A stretch of 64,000 bases of DNA from Pocillopora damicornis. Lineage: Eukaryota. The DNA lies in contig NW_020845941.1 of assembly GCF_003704095.1 (NCBI RefSeq), positions 186,001-250,000 on the forward strand. Reading direction: 5' to 3'. Under the pieces are notes generated by a model that was not told the origin of the DNA, ran no database searches, and saw only the letters and a list, made by a program, of their open reading frames with translations. Positions 12,101 to 26,100 of this stretch are shown piece after piece. Both the position numbers and the translations under genes were made by a program. Position 1 is the stretch's first letter; every line of letters begins with the position of its first letter.

Positions 12101-13996
12101 CTGCTATGTAAGCATAATTCAGTTCATCTGCTTACTCAGTTCAGATCACACTTCTGTTGTATTTCCTTAAGACAACCCTGCACCAGGAGTATAAATGAGA
12201 AATTAATTACAAAGTATAAGGAAAACTGACAAATAGCAGGGAGGTTAGTCAAGATGACATACTCCCAGTAACTTACTGGATTAGAAACAACCAACCTAAT
12301 GCCCACTAGAGAACATCCTAATTCCATTTTCACTGATGAAAATTTTCCCAATTTTTCCCATCAGGCTGATCCTCGATTTGTATGGAATGGTCACCTTCTA
12401 AGACCTTTAGTTGTGCAACCAGAGGTAACTGTCTCTCAAATACTACTTGAGTGTTATTTAAATTGTTAATGATGATGAGGCATTTATACAGTGCATTCTC
12501 CATATCAAAATTATTTTATCACTTTGTGGGAGACTTTGGCCAGACAGCATCAAGAAGTTTACAATTTATAGATGAAATTTTTACAGGTTTTCCCCAATTT
12601 AGGAATTTTCGGAAATAAGGCCAGACCAAAACAGTGGGAGTTACATTCCCAGGACTACTCCACATGATTATAACATCTTGTTGTTAAAGAGAGGAATGAT
12701 TTTTGATCATCTGAGGTTGACTGAATGAATAGTACTTAATTTATACTAACCAACTGACTCTCAACCAGAATCAGAATACCAGTAATCATTTCTTACTTCC
12801 TTGATTCACTGATTGATTTTCAAATGGTCCAACACATGCATAATACATCTTTTTGTTGTCTTGATCTTCTCTTACAGCTTTACAAATTTATACTTCCAGT
12901 TATGCATGGCTGTATCCTTTTTTAAAATAAAATGCTATGTACAACTGTACTTGTTAGTCTTGCATTTCTCTCTGTTATTAAAGAAATCTTTCTCCTTTCA
13001 GTTCCAGCAACATGTAGAAATTGACCATCAAATGTTCCAAGAGCTAATTTCAATCATGAATCCTATGTATGAATATTTCACTGGAAGCTCCTGGCCAGTT
13101 TTTCTTCTGTTCATCGTCTTGTCCATGCTTATTCAAGGCCATTTTCTCATCAGTCTCATCTCCAAAGCTGGTTGGGAGGCTGTTTTAGTTAACCCTTTCA
13201 CCCTCAATATCTTGACAAAAATTCACGTTAATACGTCTGTCTGTCTGCCATATATTTCATATAAATTTTGTTGTGAGAATTTGGTGTTGGATCAAGTGAT
13301 ATTTCCCCTTCTTACTGATAATGTTTTTCCTATTCTCATGCCTTGGCTGAGTCATATTGTATTGATACTGTATGGAGAAATTCTGTCTTGGTCACTCCAG
13401 GATTCAAACCAGTTCTCTATAAACTGTAACCCCAAAAACCTTTTCACTCAAAATTTGAGAGTTGGTACTTTCAGAGTAGCGTAATGTCTTATTCCAGCCC
13501 TACTGATTGTAGCATTCTGTAGCAATCACATTTAAGTTTTCTACTAAATGATGGTTCTTGAAATCTGCTCTTTTTCAAAAGTTTTCTTTTCAGCCTCAGC
13601 ATTAGTCAGAACATACCAACTAGACCTGACAATGTAATGATACTACTCCTCCTTTTGAGGTTTTCTTTCATTAAAAATGGAAAACAAACAAATGATCAAT
13701 TCTATTTCTCTGAGCAACTCTAATTCACAACAAAGTTTTCTTGGTCTATTTGTCAGTCTGGCTTGTTAGTAACATGGTAACTGTCTTCAGCCTGACTGTT
13801 GATTCACTGAAAATCTGAATATCAATTGTTTCCCTTAACACTGCTAAGTCATCTCCATCAATTCCTGTGTTATTAAGCAGAACACATTTGATTTCATCCT
13901 TATATCAAGAAGAAGTTGTTTCAGGGCAGGTATGTGTGAGTTTGTTTTTGTAATTTTGGTAACATCCTTGGGCCAGATATATGGTAGAGGGGCAAT

Positions 13997-14033
<37 letters not shown>

Positions 14034-17000
14034 TATAACAGGGTAATTTAGTATTATCAACTAAGTTGATAAGAAAAATTGACCACCATAAAGAGTTTTT
14101 TAAAGCTGATGTTTCTAGCCCTTTACAAAGCAAATGGGCTAACATGGCTCCATTTGCTCTGACAAAGGGCCTAATGCTCAAAACAATGCCCAATCGCTCT
14201 GACAAAGGGCTAACGCTCGAAACGTCAGCTTTTTTAACCTTTACAATGTCTAATTTACGTTTTCAACCCAGTTGTTAACACTAAATTACCTGCTAATGCT
14301 CAAAACGTCTGACTCAGCTTTAAAACTCTTTATGATGGCCAATTTACATCATCAACTCAGTTGATAATACTAAATTACCCAGATGTCTGGTAAGTTTTGT
14401 ATAATTGGAGTTCAGTGGGCCAATTATCTTGTCAATACAAAAATTATGATTTATATGATTTCTGTCTCCCGCAGGTACACGTTACTTCATTCGAGGACTT
14501 GATGCTGAAGGAAATGCTGCAAATTATGTCGAAACTGAGCAGATTACTCAGTTTGAATCTGGAGCATGTTCTTTTGTACAGGTATGAAAGCATTCAGTCC
14601 CCTGTTAGGTGCAGTCAAAGAATTTAAAAAAAACTGTGTCCTCTTTGCTCATGACTGTTATTCTTTGTCATAGACAAGAGGATCTATTCCACTGTTTTGG
14701 TCTCAGAGACCCAACCTTAGATACAAACCAGTACCTCTGCTAAATCCATCAGCTGACCATGTAAGTGTTGAAGATCTCCTCTATTATATGTACATCTTGT
14801 GCAAACTCTTTTGTGAGGTGGGGCAGAAAAGAGCAGAGGAAAAAAAGATAAAGAATTAGTGATTAAGACCCATAGATAAGAGGTTTGTACCCAGTACACC
14901 ATTAGCCCTTTTAACTCCTAAAAGTGATTAAAACGCAACTTCTCCCTATAATGTCCATACATTATCCAGCAAATCAGTAATGAGAGTCATCAAACTTTTG
15001 AGGTGGAAGGTGCTATCTTGACCTTAAGCCAAATTCTCATAACTAATTTATAAGGTAGAATATGTGTACATGAAGCCACCAGAGGGGAGAATTAACAATG
15101 AGATTTTGGGAGTATTAAGGGGTTAAGCCTGCACACAAGCTCTCTTTGGGGGGAGGGGGGTGGGGGCTGTGTATGGGGAAAGAATTAAGAGAGGACATGA
15201 GACAAAGCTTGCAATGTTGTCTCATAAGGTTAATTCTGCCCCCAGAAACCCTTGTTGTCTGCCAGAAAGACCACTTGTGGGAGCTTGCAGATTGTTCCTT
15301 TACCTTAGCCCTTAACTCCCAGAAGTGATTAGCATGTAACTTCTCCCTGTAATATCCATACATTAAACAGCAAACAGGTATTGAGAACACTCAAACTCAT
15401 CAGGTACAATTTATCACCTTGATTGAACACCTAATTCTCATAATCAATTTACAAGGAAATGTGTTGCAGTTACATGTAGAGGGGAGAATTGACAGTCAGA
15501 TCTTGAGAGTTAAAAGGTTGAACAAAATCAAATTAAATGTGTTTGAGAACAATATGTTCAGTTGAGCAAATTTTGTATTGCACAGGATGAGAAGTTGAAT
15601 GCATCTTCAATAATTTCTTTAATTTATCATTTTGGCAGAGAGGAGGATTTGCTCTCCATCTAGACAAAGAAAGAGTGTACTATGGAGAACATGTTTTAAT
15701 AAACCTTGTAAGTATTAAATTAATATTAGAATTTCTCTTATTTCAAAAGCATGCAAAGACCACTATGTTGTCTTGGGTGATGTCATTATTATCATGGTGG
15801 TTTCACTTTGAAGTGGGTCCTTGTTAATATTCTATAAAAATTATCAAGGTTGAATTGAACTTTTTGTCAGGAAGAAAAGTTGATTTTTAGCAAAATAATT
15901 CTCAAGAGAATTTAGATGTCATCACTCTCCTTCTTTTTAACAGATTGATCAGAAAGGCCCAGAGAAGATTTTAGGTGATCGATACACAGAGACTGTCAGT
16001 AAGGCAGGGTTAACAGACAACTTCTTGAGGTAAAATGTGGAACATGAAATTAACTTGAGTATTAGAACATTTTTTTGAGTTTTAAAATCTTCTCCAACAT
16101 GTCAACAAAGTAATTTTAGGATCATCAACTCATTCAACACATCATTCAGCATTTATGTTATCATGTTCTAAAGAAATTGTTGTGGTAAAATTGTAGGCAA
16201 GTACAACACTTTGTTCATTCTCAACAAGGCAATACTTGATGAAAATTAGGTAAACGGTGGAAGGGATTGTTGAAAAGCTGATGAGTCAACCATGAGCCTC
16301 TGATCAGGGCAAAGGCACCTATGATGGTGGTTCTTTGGACCTCTAAGAGTGACTTGCATCTAATTTCTCCTTACAATATCACCCCTGAATTACACATTAA
16401 GGTCATGAGAATGAAGAAAAGGATCACCACCCAAAGAGGCTCTTGATTGTTAAACAAATTCATCTTGTCAGCACCTTGGGAAATTTATACAGATCGGTAT
16501 TGAGAATATGCATACTGATGTCAGGGTGTAAAGGGTGAAGACAGTGTATTAGACTAGTGTCTTTTCTTTGTTATTACTTTTGAAATTGTAGATATGAGCC
16601 ATTTGATTTCCATAAAGAGTGCAGTAAGATGAGATGGGAAAGACTGTCCATTCTAACAGACAGATTAAAAGGAGATCAAGAGAAGTTTGGGTATGTCCTC
16701 AGTAGCTCTCACTCTATTTAAAAAAGAATTGGTGTGGTATGCATGCACTGTTCTTCTTTTCAGGTGGTAACCAGTAAAATTTACCACCACTAGTATCTCT
16801 TTTTACCACCTAAAATCACTTGAAATTCCTAAAATTGAATTAGTAAAAATATTACTCTAAGAGTTTGATAATTTCTTTTACCTGTTGCACTTAAAATAAG
16901 AGAGAACACTGGGTATGGAGGCAATAATAATGAAGTACAGGATACATGTGCTGTGTTGCTCACCATTTTTGTGACATGTTTGATCATTTTTATTTTGAAA

Positions 17001-20000
17001 ATACATTTATTTGCAAAGATATTTCTGTCAGTAACTACTGTATTCAAAGGCAGGAGCCATAGCTCTGGCAATCAGAAATATTCAAGTCTGAAAGAGAAGC
17101 AGCACTGAGCTGTCTCATACCCCCAGACATGGAACAAGATGTTGGAACAAAAAGTACCATGTGTACTAAACAGTTTACTGAAGAAGTTTTACGTCAGTCC
17201 ACAGTTGTTCAATTGATGCTTGTTACTAAATTAAATGTTATGTTATGTTCATTACATGTATTGTGATTTTGTTTTATTCCTGTACTAGATTTTTCTCTGT
17301 CAGAGGAAAAGATGGTCAAATTGACACTGAACAAAAGGGAGTGTTCAGAACAAATTGCATTGACTCACTTGACAGGTAAATAACCATACCCAAGGTTATA
17401 TGAATAGAATTCAAATCTCTATTTCTTCCTTCAATTGTTGCAATTGTCATAGAAGTTACAAAATAAATGTAAGGGTTTTAGAGTGATGCTTGCTTCTTAT
17501 TTTGTTGAAGAACTAATGTTGTTCAGAGCTTGTTCGCACGGAGAAGTCTTCAAGCACAGTGCGAGGTAAAGCCTGTCTCCTCTTTCATACTCACATGTAT
17601 GTTAGCATTAGAAGTCAATTGATGGCAAGAGTTGTATAAATATTATTTTGTTTATAAATCTGAGCTCCATGACGTCACACTTGGTCAAGTAAAATTGAAA
17701 ATTCTGTATTAATGGTAAATGTAAAGAAAAATCAATGTTAGTGTTTTCTTTGTGTGAAACTCACGACAGAAATGTGACTTCCATTATAGCGATTTGAAAT
17801 TCTAAGCCCAGGAGAGAGAATAGAGAGTTACGCAGGAATGGAGAAGGCATTCAAGAATGGTAGGTCAACATTTACAAGGAGTGGGGATAGCTCAGTGATG
17901 AGAGTGCTCATCTCCCACTGCTGATGCCTAGTTTCAATTCCTGGCATCATATTTGGGTTGAGTTTGTTCTTGGTTCTTGTCTGTGCTCAAAGGGTTTTCC
18001 TCCCTCCACAAAAACTAACATTCTAAATTCCAATTTAACCTGGAAACAGAGGTCAAGAAGAGTGACCTCATGAAATGTCCACTATATTCCGTTTCCCACT
18101 TGTACTTTCTGCGCCACTTGGTAATTCTTATGTAAAACTTTACTTGTGTGAAAAAATTCGATGAATGTACACAAGAAGAGAGGCTGGTGACTTTCCTCAA
18201 GTATAACACTATAATTATAAAGTTTGTTAACTAGTTTTTGTCATTCTCTCTCTCATTGTTTTGCAAATATTGATTTTGTTACAGTCTGGGCAGACAATGC
18301 TGATGCATGCTCTGTGCAGTATGCTGGAACAGGAGCTCTCAAAACAGATTTTACAAGGTATTACTCACAGTGTTAAAACACTTCTCAGTAAGCATGAATT
18401 TTCAGCTATGTTAAAACTAATTAAGAAACTTCTCAATCTGTAATATTTGATTATCATAACTAATTTTGGCTCGCTGAAAAATTGGGAACAATTCTGCAGA
18501 TTGTGGTACTGAGGATACGATTCAGAATACTCTTTACGTTGTTAAAGTTTAAAATGTTTTGTTCCTTCACATTAGCCTGTGAGGGAAAGACATTTGCCAC
18601 TTCTACTCCCTTCCTCATTCCAAACTCAAACTCATGCCCTTTATGCCTAAGTGGCATGTAGGGCAGCAACATGCTCCCTCAACAACAGATGCATCATGCA
18701 AGTTACATGTTGCTGTTTCCATAATAAAAAGCTTTTCACATGACAGGGTTGTTAGCCCTGTGCAAAACCCCTGAGCCTGGAAGACTAAGACTTAATTTCT
18801 CTTGAGTGGTCTTTAATTCTTATAAATTGCCAGATAATTCCCTCAAAAGAATGCTGCTACAATGATTTCACTTGATGATTTCATTTTATCAAGGGCATAC
18901 CACCATATCAAAAAACTTTAGCTTTCATTCCTTGGGGGAAGTGAGTGCAGCAACATCACACCACAAAAAAAAAATGAGGAAAAAAGAAAAAGGAAAGTAA
19001 TTATTAACCATCCATAGATATAACAAACATTTTGGTTGTTTTCCACAAATTTGTTGAATCAAGGTATTCGATATAACAAACCCTTGATAAAACAAACTAG
19101 TTTCCTTAGTCCTTTGGTACACAAATGTTTTAGTGGGAATTCAAGGTGAATGTAACAAGTGCAATGTTAAATAGGTTGTTGTTGACCTAGAGAAGGCTTA
19201 CCATATGTAATAACTTTGTGTCACACTGTGTATAGAACTGGAAAGCGTTCAACACTTGGAGCCTTAAAGGATGGTTTTAATTCAGCTGTGAGGTATTACA
19301 AGAACAACTTTGCTGATGGATTTAGACAAGTGAGTGAAATCAGTTTGCAAATATTTCTTTGGCACAAAGTATGTTGAATTGTGTGTAACTTATTTCTCTT
19401 CTTTTATGTTTATGTTTTTGCTTCAAGACTGTTCACAGATGACCTTAACTGTTGATCCTAAAAATGAGTTGCATCTAAATTTTTCCTCACAAGATCACCC
19501 CTGAATCAAACATTAACATCATGGGAATAGATTACATATTAAAAGTCTCTTGATTGTTAAGCAAATTCTCATTATCAGCTCTTTAGGAAATGTATAGAGA
19601 ATAGTCTGGAGAATATGCATACTGATCTTGTATAATGGTGTAAAGGGTTAAGAAATTTGACTTTATATGCTTTTAGGATTCAATTGACTTGTTCCTTGGA
19701 AACTATGTGGTAGACTCCAATGAAGGAATCTCCAAACCATCACCTCTTGAAATTCTCAGAGATTGGAGATTTATGGCTGTAAGTTCAGTGTTTCTATTTT
19801 TCTTGGTAACCAAAAAAAAGCATTTTCATGATTACGCTTTTTGTGTAGCTCATCCATTTGTTGTTACTGGAATTCTGTTGTTAGTTTTCCTTTTTACCTA
19901 TGCAGCGACAGCAAGCATCACCATTCAAACTTATAATTAAAACATTTGAGTTCATTCTCTTGTTTAACTAAAATCTTATTTTTCTGCTTCACTCTTTTAG

Positions 20001-20956
20001 CTCCCAATGATCCTTTTGCTAGGATTCTCCATGTTTGTTATCAGTGTTTTAATTCCGTCAAGTAAGTATGATATACCACATAAATAGTACACTTGTTTTT
20101 TGGGGTTTTTTTGTTGCATGTGAGTTTTGTTTCCCTGGCTGCCTTTCAGTCATGGTAGATTTTCTGCGACTTTCATTACTTAACATCACCTGTAGCTACA
20201 TTTTGTTTGGTTTAAATATCTTAAACAGCTACAAAATTTTAAATAATTGCTCAATTTTAATTCGTGTCTAGGGACATGCAATCAAAGTGAGCAATTATCA
20301 TTCTCTAATGGTCATTTGTGACTTAAAAGTAGATCATTTCCATGTACCATAATTTTTAGAAATACTATCATAATGATAAATTAGTAACCATACCTGTACA
20401 TGCTGTGGCCTGCATGGTAGGAGGAAGGAATCACAAGTGTCCACTTCTCCTGGACAGCATGCTAGTCCTTTCCTGGTATTGCAGAAGATTTCCCTTAGTG
20501 TTCACCAGTTGGTACCCAGGGAAGCAGTGTGCACAGAGATTAACACAACATAATAAGCCTGGCCAGGGCTTGAAACTCAAACCAAGCCTCCTTGATGCAG
20601 AAAATTTCAATTGGGTTTGTTTTATCTCCTGAGTTGATAATGTAAATTGACCAATGCAGAGAGTTTCAAAAAGTTTTATGTTTCAAGGGTTAGCCCTTCA
20701 TCAGAGCTAATGCAAATACAGAGCCTACTATCAGCCAACTTTGGGGCACACCTTCAACTTTGTGTGAAAGGCATTCCTGTGATGTAATAATTTCTCTCTC
20801 CTTTTTCTTGCAGCTGATTATGGAGTACAATTTCTTTATGTGTTGTTCTGGGGTGGTGCTGTGATGATGACACTGTACGTGGTGCTGTATTTCGGCAATG
20901 AATATGTTGATCAACCACGCCTGGTGCAAGTTCAAGCAAAGGACAAAAATGTTTGA
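9110..20956 (+). CDS. SACM1L: Phosphatidylinositol-4-phosphate phosphatase SAC1 (about 21 exons)
   Basis: [22 protein letters not shown] start, then [66 protein letters not shown] and [24 protein letters not shown]. Two C-terminal hydrophobic segments and a KDKNV (KxKxx) ER-retrieval end. Confidence 0.95.
11564..11773. mobile_element. About 210-bp TTAA-flanked MITE inserted in a SINE remnant
   Basis: TTAACCCTTTAACTCCCATGAGTGACCAAGACAG...GGGAGTTAAAGGTTAA. The flanks join into a SINE-like sequence. Confidence 0.78.
12912..13848 (+). other. U12-type (minor spliceosome) GT-AG intron in SAC1
   Basis: 5' splice site GTATCCTTT. Branch site CCCTTAAC at 13832-13839, about 9 nt from the AG, with no polypyrimidine tract. 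Splicing restores VMHG-F-ISI. Confidence 0.85.
13990..14381. mobile_element. Penelope-like or retrozyme remnant with degenerate minimal hammerhead motifs
   Basis: GCT-CTGACAA-AGGGCTAACGCTC-GAAACGTC-AGC at 14196-14229, a partial tandem copy at 14157, and inverted arms GGGTAATTTAGTATTATCAACT / AGTTGATAATACTAAATTACCC. Confidence 0.6.
14903..15521. mobile_element. Two neighbouring copies of a related TTAA-MITE subfamily (14903-15126 and 15305-15521)
   Basis: Both share ACTTCTCCCT(A/G)TAAT(A/G)TCCATACATTA..CAGCAAA and GAGGGGAGAATT..CA. A further copy is at 53216-53424. Confidence 0.7.
17884..18095 (+). mobile_element. tRNA-derived SINE
   Basis: A-box-like TAGCTCAGTGATGAGAG, B-box-like GTTTCAATTCC and body GGGTTGAGTTTGTT..GGTTCT..CCTCCACAAAAACTAACATT. 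Related copy at 22320-22560. Confidence 0.6.
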
Positions 20957-22319
20957 CTAGAATCATCAACAAATTCACCCCTTTATATCTTGGTGTAAAT
21001 TATATCTAGTTATTGTCAGTGATTAATATCATGGTAAAAATATATGAATTTAAGGATTTATGAATCAAGATAAAATTGGCAATGTACAATTTACATCCTG
21101 CAAACTTGGGTAGGTTATGAAGTGTTCTCCAATGATTTTTGGTAGCCATTTATTACAAAAACATTGGCTAGTAAAGGTTTAAAATTAAGATATTGGACAA
21201 AATAAGGCAGGGTAAGAGTTTATCCAAATCTCACCTCAAGGCTGTCAAGCAAGAGAAATTGAACATCAATTTCTTTAAGCTTCCTTTGACTAATTAAATA
21301 TGCACATATTTTTTGAGTTATATCACAAAATGTGAACAGTGTTACAATGATTTTGTTTAATGCCTAGTAAACAAGCTATGACAGGCTGCTGTATTTGCAG
21401 GGAACACCATCTAATCATATTAAAATTCCAAACATTGAACAGAAGGCTGTGATTGTTCTCCTGACTTGAGCCCTAAAACTCTTTATTGTAGGAGCTGTGC
21501 TATCTTAGCTTGCTAGTAGAATATTTAGGGCCATCATTGGTCTCCTGTAATCTTTTAAGAAAATCAACATTTTGTTATTTTCTGTATGATAATATTGTTA
21601 TCAGTTACACTTGCACAATGAAAGACCAGTGTTACCATATTGGCATGATGGGAGCCAAAAGAACTAAGTGTTTATTTGATTAATTAGGTACTTACATCAT
21701 GTAGTAAAGATATTAAGTACCATTGGTATATATTATTTGCCAGAAATTAATACTATAGTCATCTTTATGAAGAGACAAGAGACCATAATCACATCTAGTA
21801 TCAAAAAGTTCCAATACATAAAGTTGAATATCTACAAAGTTCATAATGAAGGGAAAATCAAGAGCTCCATGATTTTCCCTTTAAACCTTTTCACTCCCAA
21901 TATCTAGGGCAGATTCTCTTTACTGGTAGCCACACATTTCTTTATTGGTTGTTAGTGAGAATTTTAATATATATCAAGACAATGTTCCAATGAGATGATT
22001 TTCTTAATTCTCTTTTGCTGTTTGTTTGAAAGTGGGTGAAAATGTTGTAGAGAATGTATGAAATGATCCCACCTTGAGATGAAAGGGTTGTCATTGCTTC
22101 TTGGTGCTACCATCAGTTCATCAGAAATATCTCGCATTTGAAACTTGTTCATGCACAGTGACACAGTTTTAATATTTTAATAATTTTAAAATTATTTAAG
22201 GAAAGACAATTTTAATGGAGATACAAGAAATAAAGAGGTTGACATTGTTCATTTCATTTGTAAAGGTATTCTGCTGTCATAAGATTTTGCGCAATTTTGA
22301 CAAAGAAACAGGAAGTGGG

Positions 22320-22560
22320 TGTGGTGCTGTAGTGATAGTGTGCTCTGCTCCCATTGCTGCAGCTCAGGTTTCATTCCCAGACTTTGTGCCACATGTGGAT
22401 TGAGTTTGTCAAGGGTTCTTGTCTTTGCTCCGAGGGTTTGTTCTCCAGGTTCTTTGGTTTTCCTCTCCACAAAAACCAACACTCTAATTTCCAATTCTTT
22501 TTGGAAACACTGGACAACAAGAGCCACCTCATGGAATATCCATTGGTACAAAAATTACTA
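22320..22560 (+). mobile_element. tRNA-derived SINE, same family as 17884
   Basis: TGAGTTTGTC..GGTTCTTGTCTTTGCTCCGAGGGTTT..CTCTCCACAAAAACCAACACT. Confidence 0.6.
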
Positions 22561-23137
22561 TTTGACCTTTCCCATTGTTAATCTCCACTTTCATTGTTTT
22601 AAAACTATTTTCCCGTCATAAGTCACCTGGCTCTATTTTTACAAGTCTCCTCCAACAATAGAAGGAACTAAAAACTCCAAATAAAAAAAGTGCATTTCCT
22701 CAAATAAGTGCCCAGGCTTTTATTTAAAATTTTGGCTAAAAGGGAGGGTGCTCATTGGAAGGAGGGCATTTATTCAAGGAGGGTACTTATTAAATTAGCA
22801 CCGCAAGAGGAAAAAAAAGACAACTCACATTAAGGAACTCTTAAATAACATGATGATAGAAAGAACTGGAAGTGACTTAACATAAAAGAAATTATTCTCT
22901 TTTACTGATTCCCGCTGTAGTTGTAGCTTAAAAGTTATTAAGTGGTAAGGAAAACAGGTTTTCTGTGTGTCCTTGCTATTTAAAAAAATTGAGGGGGTGT
23001 GGTTCTTTTTTGACATTATGGCAGAGGGGTGAGCACTTATTAGAGTGTGGGCACTTATTCATGGAAATACAGACTACCAGTATGTGAATTATATTAATAA
23101 AGCTAATTTGAAATTTCTTAATATTTGACATAGCATT

Positions 23138-26100
23138 CTACTTGACTGTCACAACATGCACGGCTTGTCTAGTCAAGACAAAAATCCTATTATTAGATGC
23201 TTGGAGCCCAAGGATTTCATTGTCAGGAGTTGTCAATGTTACAACTTGTTGATTGGCATGTTTAGCACTCCCTACAGGTTGTTGGTAAACATAAACATGT
23301 CTTGTGTTGTCACATATCACAGCATAGGACAGATCTGGGGCACATGTGGAGAACTTGCGATCCCTTTTAGCAGCCTGGACATAACCTAAAGCATTAAATG
23401 TTCCGGTGTGAATCCAGTTAGCCTCACTGTCTGAGTGTGCCTTGGGCTGCCACACAAGGGCATCAACATCATGACGTATGCAGAAGGCAGGAGGAAGACT
23501 CTTATCAAGTGATGCATTGAAGATCCACTGATGACTTGCTAAACAAACCTGACAAGAAAAGAAGATTTGTCAGACATGTGCATCACCCATTACCATAGAT
23601 TCAAAGTAAACAGCCATGAACTTGAATGACCTTATCAAGGGAATTGGGTGGGCTCACAATCTAGACCACAAATAGATTACCTAGTTTAAAAGGGTTTTTA
23701 AAGAGCCTTTAGTGCTGCACCCAGGGTATTAAAAGATAATTAGGATTTATAAACTGAGTTGATAAATATAAATAGGCCACTGTGAAGAGTTTCTAAAGCT
23801 TGTGTTAGCACCCGCACACCATAAGCCCTTGATCAGAGCTTTCTAGTTTATTCTGAAGAAACATATTGCTTCATGGTAAAAGTGAAGCTGAGAGGAATTT
23901 CTCAAGATGTCCATTTTTGTCACTTGCTCTACACATAACCTTTGTGAGTCGGTAAAGAGTTCTGGAGGAGCTTACATCAAGTGGTTTGCAAATCATTTAT
24001 TAGATGATCTGATAGAAGGAGCCCTGTTAAAAAAAAAAATAACTACCAATACATACCTTGTGTGTTAATTCTCCAGTTTTAACATCCAACCGAAAAATAT
24101 ATTCAATATCCTCTGGGAAAGCATCACATTCTTCAAATTCGTCATTACTAAATGACATCTTAGTTGCCCGTGACTTTTCCACCTGGATTTCAAATATTGA
24201 TTGAAAAATTCAACATGATATCAATACTTTTGATGTTCACAATAAATTTTTTCTGCTAAAAATTGCTACATGAGATGAACTTAGCAACATAGGGATGTAA
24301 AACTGATTTTTTCCAAAATAATTGGCNNNNNNNNNNNNNNNNNNNNNNNNNNNNNNNNNNNNNNNNNNNNNNNNNNNNNNNNNNNNNNNNNNNNNNNNNN
24401 NNNNNNNNNNNNNNNNNNNNNNNNNNAATAAACTAATAAGAGCTCTGCTTTTAGGCTTGGCTAAATCTATATATTAAAATCCAAAGATTAAAATCCCTGT
24501 GGGCTGGACACAGATTTTTTAATTGTCTCCAAATTGTGAAAACATGAGTAACATCCTTTCTTTATTTATCAACAGAGCTAAACATTTACCATCTCTCCTT
24601 TTCTAGATACATGTACAATTAAAAGAAGTAGCAGTGTTCTCCCTTATTTTAAGCATGACAGGTAAAATAAATTTTCAAACCAGTAAAGCAATCCTTTTAC
24701 AAGTTGAATTTTCAAGAATTCCAAGCAATTTTAAACGGTAATAAGAGGTACTACAGGCAGTAAATGTTACCAGTTACTGCCTGAAAAGGAGAACACTGAG
24801 TAGTGTTAAGCATTATCAATTGCTAATGTCATTTCTCATTATTATGGAACAGTACATGTCACTTCCCAATGAGTGCAAGCCATTTTTAAGTCTTTTTGCT
24901 TGGCCGAGATGCTTAAGAGGGTTTCTTGTGATGCCAGTTGAATTCTAAACATAACTATTTTGTAACAGAGAAAGAAAAGGGGTAGAGAGAAAAGATACTT
25001 AAAAATAAAGACTGAAAACAAGTACTGCAAGTCACCTATTTTCCTCGACTGTCCATGTGCTTTCCTCTGAATTTACTTTTGCATAAAGAGGACCACTCAA
25101 CAAAATCTCTTTCCCAATTTGAAGGTCCACAGAATCTGCTGTTACATTACAAGCTATATCATCTTTCTTGGTGCCATCTGGTAGAACAAATTTTACAGTG
25201 ACGTCTTCACTATCCTGTGACCATTTGTATACTTTTACTGAAGAACTGTGGGACTTTACCTCAGCCATAACATCATCTGCAGAATGAAATGACCCTGATG
25301 GCTTTTCCTCACTGTCACCTATTCCAAAAAAAGAAAAAACAGGTCATGTCAGATAAAAAGGAACCTTCTCTATTTCCAAAATCTTCATTAAACTTAACCC
25401 TTGGACCCCTAAGAGCGACCAGCTTCTAATTTCTCCTAACAATATCAACTCTGAATCGTGCATTTAAGTGAGGAGAATAAAGGAAATAATCGCTAACTGA
25501 ATTAGCCTTTGATTTTTAAATGAACTCTCCTTGTCAGCTCCTTGGGAAATATACAGAAAGCAGTATGGAGATGATCATTATTCATACTGGTGATAGAGTA
25601 TTGACAAACAGATAAGGGAAGATGTTAACAATAATTGTGATCACTGCACAAATTACGTTCATTATGCCTCAAAGACAAGAAACTATATTTAGCTTCTAAA
25701 CAGAGTTCTATCGCTAAATTCAGATGCAGAGTTGTTATGTGGTATATTCCTTGTTAAACTACTCCAAAAAAATGTTAATCCCACAAATAAATAAGGTACC
25801 TTTCACCAGAGAAAATGGTCTTTCACTTGCCACCAAAATAGCTGTACCACCACACTCAATGCCAGCATACACTGGTGCACTGTGACCTCTGAACTGTTGC
25901 AGCATCTCGCAACTGTAACTTATGGAACCTGTGGCTGAGCAATTCACTTGTGAAAAGGTGATCAACTCCAAATGAACATTGTGAGCATCTTTCACTGACG
26001 TAGAAGCATCATTTTCCGTGATACTCAATAACAAGCAACTGACACATCCAGTTTCTGGGCTTTGAACAGCATGAAGGATCAAAGATGGCTGGTCAAACTG

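Noticed and set aside
12813-13484. 223-aa hydrophobic ORF
   Set aside because: It lies in SAC1 intron sequence, runs through a MITE and has no recognisable domain.
24842-25030. Candidate NUDCD1 exon
   Set aside because: The translation does not resemble the expected end of the CS domain. The missing exon is more likely in the gap.
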